The notes under the pieces were generated by a model. It made no database searches, was not told the origin of the DNA, and was given only the letters and a program-made list of their open reading frames with translations. Positions 48,501-58,906 of a DNA stretch of 64,000 bases are shown one piece after another. Position 1 is the stretch's first letter; each line of letters opens with the position of its first letter. Source of the stretch: Takakia lepidozioides (Eukaryota; Plantae; Bryophyta); NCBI GenBank assembly GCA_030704615.1, contig CM060731.1, positions 70,680,001 to 70,744,000 of the forward strand. The letters run 5' to 3'. A program made the position numbers and the translations under genes.

Positions 48501-49822
48501 AATCATCGGGAAATCTTATGTCATACACCGGAATGGTCCTGGATCAAAATCGTTTAGTATCCGACAGGGTTATTACATTCCCGACGGTTTGATCACCTAC
48601 AAGAGCTGACGACTATTTTCTCCGGACGGTCCTCTGCCTCGACTACGTATTTCCGGCCACAGATTGAGGAGATGGGTGAATCCGGACGATCACATTCAAA
48701 CTGTTTGTTAACGCCGGACCCAATTAATCCCGTTATCCAAGGACCAGATGTGAACCGACCTCGCAGGAGAAGGAGTATGAAGGACTTACACTCATGAGCT
48801 GAGGGCGGACACCTACGATTACTGGTTTCCTTTTTTTTTTTTTGCAGGGGGACTGGTCTTGTGTGAACATTTTTCGGCGGACTGGCAATGAAATCGTTTG
48901 CTTGTAAGTGGATTCTGCATCTTGGAATTGTCTGTGTTTTCAGTGCTGGATTTAAACTATCGTGTTATTTATGTTGTCGAATTTAGCGTGTTTAACCTGT
49001 GTCTGAATGTTTCCATTTTGTTAACCTCCACTGGGCAGTGGAGGCTCATGTTATTGGAGTTGTAGGTGTTTTGGGTGTTTGTTATTCGGGAGTTTGGTGT
49101 GTTTGCTAGTTGTCTAAAAAGAAAGCCTAACCCTTTCAATCTTTCGATGGTTGGTGTTCGTCGGATTTATTTTGATATCATTGTTTGGTTTCATTATAGG
49201 AAAGAAATATTCGTGTGCTCGACATAAACTTTGTAACGAAAAGAAATTTTGTAGAAGCAAGGTGGAGGCCTATTTCAAGACGCTCTAGATTGATAATCAG
49301 ACTATTGCAGGAGACGGAGATGACGTAGACTCACTGCAGGATGAGGAAGTGGACGAAGAAGATGATGACGAATGACACGACAAGGATCAGGACGAGGAAA
49401 TGGAGGAGAAACAAGAAGAGGACGGCGAGGAGGAGAAAGACGAAGATGAGAACATGGAAATCGTCAACGGAGACCAGGGGCAGATGCGGCTAATGTGGGA
49501 AAGGGAAAGAGAGGGCCAGGAAAAATGCCGGTTGGATAATCTAGGTAGTACTCCAAATACCCAAGAACGCGTTGCGCCAGAAGATGTACACAATCTGGAC
49601 AACTCTTCCTCCAGTTCCGATAACACCACGAATAAGAATCCGGCTTCTCCAGGGGGACAAGAAGCGACATCGACGGAGTTAGTTGAAACCCTCGGTCAAG
49701 GCTTCAAACCTGTGGAAGATGACGGACCATTGATTATGTCACCGGATCCCGTTAACAATCGTCGTGAACTGATGTCCCAGAATATCACCCAGGAAGTGGT
49801 TCTGGATGTAGGTAACGAATGA
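45600..49822 (+). pseudogene. Large multi-exon pseudogene, possibly ParB/Srx-like plus N4/N6-methyltransferase-like domains, with an acidic tail
   Basis: FFII-(x)GQHTIIAAK at ~46535-46576 (ParB-type IxDGxH pattern, one frameshift). ELRADTYDYWF..VNIF(G)GTGN at ~48795-48900 (FxGxG-like, frameshifted). D/E-rich tail at 49310-49460. Confidence 0.35.
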
Positions 49823-50789
49823 CAATTAGTGAATTTTTATTCCTACACACTTCTGAATACAATATGACAATTTTGTAATTATACATAATCCCAATGTTTT
49901 TTCCATATCCATTTTTCTGGACTTCCGAATAAAACATATTTCCACCCGGACACATATTTCCGTTTGCACACCTTTGTGGACAACCACTAACCGGTTTGGA
50001 TAACTTTTCTTGTAGATCCAAGAATCCCAATCGGAGGAAATGACGCACACAAGAAAAGGCTCAAAGGAGACTCAAACGGTGAAGAGACACGTGGATCTGA
50101 CAGTGAGGGCCACGTCACCTGAGCCGGTTCCGCAAGTAACGTCCACTGTCCAGTGGACGTTGCCATCTGCAGGGAGGGAGAAGAGACAGAGCAGCACAAG
50201 CACGTAATCTAACAACAAATCCCGATTCGGGTAAAACATTGGCTTTATTCTTATTTCATATTATTGGTCTTTCATTCTCCTCTTCGGTATTACTCAATTC
50301 AGTAATTTTGTCGGATCAATTTGGACCATCATAATCCTCATCCGTGGGATTCTTTAATTTCCTGTAGATTCGTGAAACGACGTCTGAGGAGATCAAACAC
50401 ACGAGGACCGACTCCATCGACACTGAGATGGTGAAGAGAAGAGTGGATCGAACAATCACCGTCGCTCTATCTGAGCCGGTCATACAAGTTACCTCCACTG
50501 GACAATCGAGGTTGCCATTTGGTGCCACAGAGAAGGACGATAACATTTGCCGTAGAGATGGGAAAGAGAAAGAGCAGCCTACCCAGGGATCTCAGCAACC
50601 GCCCCAAAAAACGGCAATGATTTCAACTCCATTCTTCCGTTTGTCTATATTGGGATTTCTGAAATTGAAATTAATAATGAACTCTTCTGTTATTCCACAG
50701 GACAACATGCATTACACTCCAGTCGACTATTCCCTTTCTGTCAATCCAAACAATCTGTATTCCCTTCCTTGGGGACCAAAAAGGGTGTC

Positions 50790-51510
50790 GGCCACGATAC
50801 TACGTCTTGGTTCTGGACATCGGTTACCTTTGCGAGGTTTTCCTAAAGGATGGAAAGAAAACCCCTCCTGCCACCCAGCCTTGTATCTCTGCAGGGAAAT
50901 TCAAGTTAGCTACGCGAAACGGTCTTGACGAATTCGTTAAGTGGGCCGTCAAAAAGTTTGTCGTTTGTTTTTGGAACACTGGACTTGAAATGAACGTCAA
51001 GACTATCGCCAAGGCCGTATTCGGGAAGTACTATTCCCAGGTCATAACTTACAACAGTGAGAATTCCGTCATGCATAGATCGACATTCAACGAAAAATGG
51101 CCCAAAGCTCCCAAAAATCTCATCTACTTTAAACGTCTTTACGACTTTTTGCTGAGGAAGACCCGACAGCTTACAAATCCAATACTCTCCTCATCGACAG
51201 TGTAGACAATATGTACAAGTCCTACTTGAACCCGTTGGGACATACCATCTTCTTTCCAAAATATAAGGCGCGCGTGGACCCTGACAGAGATAAATTTCTA
51301 CTAGAAGAGCTCAAGCCTCACCTTAACATGTTCCGGTTATCGGGGATGGATGTCATGCCATTCAACAAGCTACATCATTTCGGCGTTACGAAGGATTTCT
51401 TCGAGGACGACCCATCGGTCAAATTTCTTAGAGACTTTGATTATAGGTGGCATAAGTTCCTTAGCAATCACGAGTTGCGTGCCGCTGCATTGGGACATAA
51501 AATATTTTAA
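50790..51510 (+). pseudogene. FCP1/NIF-like HAD-superfamily phosphatase domain, copy 1
   Basis: LVLDIG..RNGLDEFVKWAVKKFVVCFWNT..FKRL..ILLID..YKSYLNPLGHTIFFPKY..DKFLLEELKPHL, with one frameshift. Confidence 0.65.
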
Positions 51511-51659
51511 TTGAGTTTGGTGAACCTCGGCTGTCCAGTGGACGTTCTGGTTCACTTGCCTGGTGTTGGTTTTTCCAATGCATTGTACTGTTCCCTTTTA
51601 TCATCCTAAGTATGAATGACTCTCTGGCAGACTGGAGCACATGTTTCTCCTCCTGCGCA

Positions 51660-51830
51660 AGGGTTGCGTTTGATTATTTTTCACGTGAATGGAGTCTTGT
51701 GCAAAATCTTGAAGCACCAGAAGAGCTACAATGTCCCCCGGTTTTCAGAATCGGACTATAGAATTCCAACTCTTGTCGGATTCCGTTCTGTTTTTCATTT
51801 CCTTGGAATCACACACGTGAAAGATATGGT
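51660..51830 (+). pseudogene. FCP1/NIF-like N-terminal fragment, copy 2
   Basis: LRLIIFHVNGVLCK, a DxNGxL-type motif I with D changed to H. Confidence 0.4.
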
Positions 51831-53239
51831 ACTTTCATTTTGACTCATTTTCAGATGAATTCTTGACGCACATTCCGGGCAATCCCAAGACTCTGATACA
51901 GACCTTCATACGGGGACATGATTATATCTAGTGACCTCCACTGTTCAGTGACATTCGTGCACTCCCGGATTTATGATTATGTCTCTTTGGCAGGTTTAAG
52001 GAGATGCTGACGACGTCATCGGTTCCTCAAGTCCCGTAAAGGAATCCTCCGGATCAGCAGTGAGTCGTAGTATTGAAGGCTTTCCGAGGGTTCACGATGG
52101 TGCTCAAATTGAGGGTGGATCCTCTGTCAGACCCTTGTCCTCCCGAGAAGCTGGCGACACTCTTCTCCTCTCGGGTCTTCCTGGGTGTAAAGTCCAAGGT
52201 GCAGGTGAAGAACACAAATATCCCGGAGACTTTATCGACCTTTCCCAACATTCATCACCCTCCGTGTTCAGTATGCAGGGTTTGGTCTATCCAACTCACA
52301 GGGCAACCGTCGGGGACTCGGCTATGGCTCCGCTGCACCTGCTTCCGTCTCTTCCTTGCATATCTCCCCAGCACGAGGGTTGGACAGCCCAAATCCGCAG
52401 GAGTCAGGTGACTTAAACTCATTTCTCGCTCCTTGCTCATTCTCCTAGTTTCACTTAGTTTGGAGTCTGATATTCATCTGTCGCTCCAAGTAAGAAAATC
52501 TGCAGATTATGACCTTCCTGTCAAACGACGTTTGTATTGGAATGCAGTTCCAAGGTAAATTATTCCTTCGTTGCGTTTTCATTCCATCCAAGATGTCGAG
52601 TGCTCAAGGGACAATTTTCTGTGCTTGCCTGTTGTTGCCCCTCCACTCCTCCCGTCGTTCAATGGAAAAACATCTCCAACATCGACACAGCATGACCCTA
52701 ACCTGTTGGCACAATGTTCTGCACCAAAGAGGCGAAAAAGAGCCCCCGAGCCATTTCCTTCCTGTGCATGAAATCTTTCCAACGGACAAAAGGCTGACAA
52801 GAAAAAAAGAGTGGACGCCAAACACTTGAGGACTCCCTCGGATGTTGTGGCGCCTCATCAATCCAAGCCCGCGGGAATCCCTGTTCTTCTGCAAGACATT
52901 CCAATAAGGCTTCAATGGTACATTTCAAAATAATTTCTCCACTTTCGTTTGCAGTTTGTTTTGCTATCCCAAACTAACTCCGTAATTTTTATACAAGCGA
53001 GTATGGAGCCGCATAACTTCTTGAATGCGCCTCCCGACAAGGTGCGTCCACTAACCTCCACTTGATAGCCGACGTTCATCTTTTCGTGATCTTGAACTCT
53101 TCGATATATGGTCTACTCTTGGTCCTTTACAGTAGTCCATTGTCTGGACACTTATGTCTCCAAAAACGTAGAGGTCACTCTGAAACTAAGAAACACTACA
53201 TCGTGTTGTTTCTGACGGCGAGAACACTTAAATTGCGCA

Positions 53240-53880
53240 GGATGGCATCGTCCATCAACCTTCATTTGCCATATCGGGGAAGAAGAAACGGATGTTGTTA
53301 TTATTGAGTGTCAACGGACTCCTCTGCTATAAGCCACCTCCAACCGACGGTGAATTGTTTAAGGAGAGATTTCGTTTCAGGAAAGTTACAGTTTATGCTC
53401 CCGACAGACCTTTTGTGGTTCCCCGGCCCGGAGTCTTGGAGTTTCTCAACCGTGCGTTCATGCATTTTCACGTGGCGATCTGATCATGTGCTGAAAGATA
53501 TGTTCTTTGTAGGATGCTCGAGTGCTTAGTTCCTATGAAAATTGCGAAGAAGTTTTGCTTCATCTGGTCAGCTGAGGATTGCAAAGACACTACAGGTTAC
53601 ATCATGCCTGGGATGAAATATCTCGTTAAAGATATTCGCACTGTTCTTGCCAAGTACCCTGGTACACCCTTTGCAACGTAGGGACAAATACTCCTTGTCG
53701 ATGATGAGCCATCAAAGGGCCTCCGAAACCCACCAAATACTAGATTCTTCCTTATTTCATACAAGCCATCACCAAAGGGCTTGGTTGACCTGGATGATAT
53801 GACAAAAGCTGTGTGGCCATATATATTGAAAATGGTTGCAGCTTCAACAGTCGTAGATTACATCAGCGAGAACCCTGCCA
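53240..53880 (+). pseudogene. FCP1/NIF-like HAD-superfamily phosphatase domain, copy 3
   Basis: LLLLSVNGLL..RPGVLEFLNRAFMHFHVAI(W)S..FIWSAEDC..LVKDI..ILLVDDEPSKGLRNPPNT..VWPYILKM..VVDYISENP. Confidence 0.8.
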
Positions 53881-54889
53881 AGTGTCTTGCACTTTTACTT
53901 TATCATTTTTTCTACAAATGTTCCACATTTCAGCTGACATTTGTCATATGAAAAATTGTTTTGCCCAGTCACATTCAAGGACCGAATTCGAAAAGAAGAA
54001 GAAGAGCTTCGTGATTGGCAAGAATGGCGGGCTTTCCGGCAGGCTTCAAGGGCATCAAGAGATTCAACAAGTAGAGTTCTAAGTAACATTTCGGATGATA
54101 ATGTTACTACTAGATTCGAGTTCTCCGAAAATATTTCCGTTTCCTCTGGTGCGGAGACCGTTGCAAGTGGTTGTGGTAACCGGAGACGTCTTCGAACACA
54201 TGCCTTGACTGCGAGCCGTTTTGGAGGAGGCTTTGTAATATTAATGGGTTGGTGTAAGCCGTTGTATGGCTTCGAGCCGCTGGATAACATTAAGTCCAAC
54301 GGATGTACAGTTGACGTTACATTATGTCTGACTGCAACGCCAAAGTTACAATCTCTAATAAAATATGAATGTTTATCATCAATGTATGCGGACTCATTCT
54401 TTCATGTCATCTTCTTCATCACATGCCATGATTGTTCTATGTTTGGTTTTGTATGTCATCTGATATGGCAACCATTTTGTGCAAAAAGTTTTACATATCT
54501 GACCTCACATCATGGTGTAATTTATTGCATCATCCCATGATTTTTTTCACGAATGTCAACTTGGCAGTGGATGTTCTTCTAAAACCATAATACATACTTA
54601 TATTGTCTCCAAAAAATGTTTGGAGGATTATTGTTCATGGTTATATTGTGCATAAAATAGCCAAATAATCATATATATCGCTTTATTTCAATAATAAATT
54701 TTGTTTATTCATATTTCTCATATTATTTCTGGACCAAACAAAAGTCCAAAATTAGTTAAAATAGTGTTTGGTTAGATGCATGCAAAATCTAGCATGCAGG
54801 AATCTGTGATGGAATGTCTCATGTCTAAGAATTTCCAACATGTAGGACATAAAGATTCACTTTCACAGATCCATGGCAAAAGAAAAAGA

Positions 54890-55575
54890 AACTACATGTG
54901 TTTAATTTGGATACTTTCCTGTTGTCACATAGGCTGTATCATGTCGAAGTCACCCCAAACTACCAAAGGTTCACTCAACCAGCTAACATGCAGAATTCAA
55001 CATGGAAATTTAAGGCAGATTCTGATAAGAGGGGAAAACATGATGAAATGTGTTGAAGAAGGTGCCTTTTCCTCATCTATGTTATCTGTTATTGGATACT
55101 TTCCTGCTGCCACATCGGCAGTAACTTGTCAAAGTCACTCCTAACCACCACAGATCCACCCAACGACCTAACTTACAGAGTTCAATATGCATCTTAGGGC
55201 CGAATCTGATGAGATGGTAAAACAGACAGAAATAGGTTGAAGAAAAAGGTGCCCTCACCACATTGTCTTTGACCTTCTGTCATGACCCATGGAGGATTTG
55301 ACCGAACATCAACCCTAAAGGACCTTGTGTGTATGCAACTTGTGCCTGAAGCCGTCAGAATGACATCTGGTAATCTGTAGGCATCCACCTTTTTGCCTCG
55401 TTTGTCCCACCATTGGCTGGGGTCAGAAAAATATTCATCCCACAGCTTCTCCTCATCTCTGTTTACCTGTTTTTGGATACTTTCCTGTGTCACATTGGCA
55501 GTATCATGTCAAAGTCACTCCAAACTACCAAAGGTCCACTCAATCAGCTAATTTGCAGAATTCAACATGGAAATG
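54890..55575 (-). pseudogene. OSB/PDF-motif-like gene fragment, homologous to the CACTA cargo repeats
   Basis: EEKLWDEYFSDPSQWWDKRGKKVDAYRLPD....NPPWV. It shares long nucleotide stretches with 33290-33540 and 33835-34085. Confidence 0.6.
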
Positions 55576-55815
55576 TAGGACTCCACCAAGTGAAAATCCA
55601 CTCAATCACATAATTTAAGTTAAGCCACGGGCACTTTTGCTAAAGGAATCCATCCTACAAAGCCCTCTACACACACTCTCTCAATACCTATAGCTATGGA
55701 GGTGAGAAAGACTCATAGAGGCTCAACTACAAGAAGATGAGCCTCGTCAATCGTCACAAGGCCCAGATGAAGTCCCAACACACAAAATACTAATATGAAT
55801 ATCCAAAATGTCTTA

Positions 55816-56092
55816 CCGTAGAGTCCTTCGATGTCCGGCGTTTATTAATTCAAATTCTGTTTATCTGAAATATTCAGAAAAGTAATGACCTCAATGTCGA
55901 AGTGATAAAGAATTCCGCATTAGTGTTATCCTCTAGAGGATATACTCTAATTACCTCCCTAGAGGTAATTTAAATGTATGTGACCAACTCGTTCAGAAAT
56001 TTTAAAAATTTAAATTTAGGTGCCGGACCTACTTTCTCTGAAATAATTAAAATATTCAGCAGCAATGCGCCAGACATCGGAGGACTCTACGA
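55816..56092. mobile_element. Tc1/mariner(pogo)-type MITE
   Basis: 25-bp TIR CCGTAGAGTCCTTCGATGTCCGGCG with inverted partner at 56068-56092, flanked by TA on both sides. Confidence 0.75.
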
Positions 56093-58906
56093 TAGTTAGC
56101 TAACCATGACTAAAACTTTGACAAGCCATTTGTAAGAAATTCTAGGTGGTTTTCATCTAATCCACTACAATTAACTACTGACTCTTAAGGTTATATATAT
56201 ATTTTTCTAATCCACCTTTTTTTAATTTAGTTCAGGTGCTTCCCCCTCAGTGGTTTTCAAAACAAAAAATATAAAATAGTAATAAGTTTAATTTTTATTT
56301 TATTCAGCAGTAATATTATGATACTTTAATGTAGATACTTACATAATAATTTTGTATCAACAAAACAGTTGTAAGTATTCATGATTTTTTTTTTCATATG
56401 CAAGTACAATTCAAAATGATAAGTACTACAATTTTTGCTCTCAATTAGTCATGTTTGGACAAATGTGCGTCACCGACATTACTTATCGATATATGAAGTT
56501 ATATTTTATTTTGTTGAGTTTAGAATCTGTCCCAAACTGCGGAGCCCAGCCCTCCGTGCTTGGTACCGTTGGAAAGCCCTTGATGAGGAGGAGTGCATCG
56601 ACATAATTTTTGGACCTATGGTGTGGGTGATGTCAAATTTCCAGTACTTTGCACTGGAAATTCGTGAAAATGGCAAAATGGGCTTTCCTGGAACAATGAT
56701 TGGATATATTAAGACTCAATAAATTCATGGAAAAAAATTGATTTTTTCAATATATGATTGCATATACATAAATATTAATATAACTTTTAACTCTTTCAAC
56801 AAATTCCAATCTGTGAATCACATTACATTGTTGCTCATTTGTACAATATTCTTTAAATATTAGTTCATTCATGTACCAAACATTCTTTGTAACTAAACAA
56901 ACATCCAACTTCATTTTAGTATATCGATTTCAATTCTTCACACATGGGCCTCGACATAGGAGACGCACTTGGATATATAGGGGCTTGCACTTGGACTTAC
57001 ACTGGACACTTGACCACGGGCACAGACTAGTTTAGTACCCTAGTTTAGCACTAAAATAGACATGCTGGACAGACCATAAACTTGTATATATTGCTTTTAA
57101 ATTATCTAATTAAATTATTTGATATTAACACATCTCATCAACTAAGAGCCATTACATGATGAGCTGCTTGTTTTCTATGTTATTGGTCGATTTTAATTTG
57201 TTGGCTCCTCTTTAGAATAAAAATGAGACGTGCATGAGTGTAAAAAATCACTAAGCCCCCGTTGTGCCTCCCCAGGCGTTACCTCATCTCCTTTGCTGGA
57301 AACTACTTCATATGCTTCTTTTTTTTCAATTTTTTCATTTTTTTTCCAGAGAGGTCTGAGAGGGATCTTTAACCTCACATGACATATTTTGGAGGCTGAT
57401 GAAGGCATATGCTTCTCAAGGTACTACGTCCATCAGATAACATGTTTCTTATTAAACAAGCTATGAAATATAAATGGATGAATTTTCAGTTTATGGATGA
57501 AAGTATATTTCAGTGTCGCAAGAGGAGCCATACGCGTCTAGCCGCTTGTTTTTGGACTGTCATGATGCTGAACATAGGCCAAAAAAACGATTATACCCAT
57601 CTTTCAGATAAATGCCATTCCGCACTATCCCTTATTTTAGCTTCTAGTCTGAGTCCAAAATGAACATGCTCCATTTATATAAGGGAAACATATTTTTATG
57701 CTATCAAAACTATTATAGAAATTAAGATATTCTTATAGCTGATGGAAATACAATTGGCCCGGCGGCCGGCCATGGAGATACACCCACAGCTTCACTAGCC
57801 GGCGCTTCACTATTATTATTATCCTTCATGGTTTGTACTCTGAGGTTATTTTTTCCTCTTTTCTATCAATATTTTTCAGGCCCTACCATCGGCCTTTCCT
57901 ATAAAAAAGAAAAGAAAAACAATTATTATTGTTATTATTATTTGCCAAGATCTTGAACTTTACCAAATGAGATTGTTGGCTCCCAGTGGGAACCTAAGTC
58001 ATCTGCCTCCATGGCTATCTGTAAGGTTATTTTTTCCTTACTTTATTAATAAAGTTCTCCAGGGCCACTGTCCCCTGTTATCTTTAAAAATAAAAAAAAG
58101 TTTTACAGACTTAATCTCCATCAGGAGGTGGTTGCGTATTACACTGAATACGGTGTGTGTGCCTTATGGCGATAAGGGGGTTTTAATTTTTTTCCCCTTC
58201 AATAATTTATAATAAAGTAATCAGGGATTCAATCCCCCTGTTAAAAAAGAAAAAAAGAAAAAAAAAAGAGATTGTTGGCATGAGAAAGTCATCCAACAAA
58301 AATCCACATCTTTCCAAGAAAGAAGAAGAGAGAGTGTGACGACCGTGGGCGGAGACGGTTGGGGCACAGCTGCCAGTGACGACCATCCTTTTGGGCAGAC
58401 ATGGTGATGGCATCTTGCGTGGAGATGGTCGCGGAGGTTTGCCAATGCGAGACAGCCATGCACATCTCTGGGGGCCCACCGTCGTGCTGGTTGGCTTGAC
58501 AGCAGGCTGCCACGGAGAAAAGAGCGTGACCCACCAAGGGATGGTCCCCCCCTGCGATGGAGATAAGCGAGGAGTGTTTGCAACAAACTCTAACTTTTCA
58601 TCATCGAAACGAATGGTTGGGTTGGGTGATGAGTGCACGGATGGGCTTTCGCGACCGGACGGTTGATGCAATGATGTGGGTTTATAGTGGCAGGTGGGAA
58701 AATTGAGAGGAGCAGCGAGGTAACAAACTCGCTCTCTCAGCGGCTTGCTCTCTTCCGATGGGGCCGGTGGGAAGCTGGAGAGCTGCAGCAAGGCTTGGCT
58801 GTTGCCAATTTTTCAATTTCTTTCTTAAACGTCTTTCAGGACTTACTCATGTTGCGTCGTCGAGCAGTTTGCTATAATCTTGCTGTCGTGAAGGGCACTG
58901 CTGAGG

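Larger units (their letters stand above)
43100..54580. mobile_element. Unclassified decayed multi-gene element marked by dispersed 24-bp palindromes (termini not found)
   Basis: About 11-12 copies of AACCTCCACTG-NN-CAGTGGAGGTT are confined to this interval, which also holds several intron-containing decayed genes. Confidence 0.6.

Noticed and set aside
43100-54580. Endogenous giant virus (NCLDV) segment
   Set aside because: Palindromes and NIF phosphatases occur in large DNA viruses, but no capsid, polymerase, packaging ATPase or primase was seen and the genes appear intron-rich. Not supported, though not excluded.
42975-54766. CACTA termini for the palindrome element (CACTAC at 42975, TAGTG at 54762)
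   Set aside because: The match does not extend beyond 5 bp and the flanking trinucleotides differ (TCA versus TTT).
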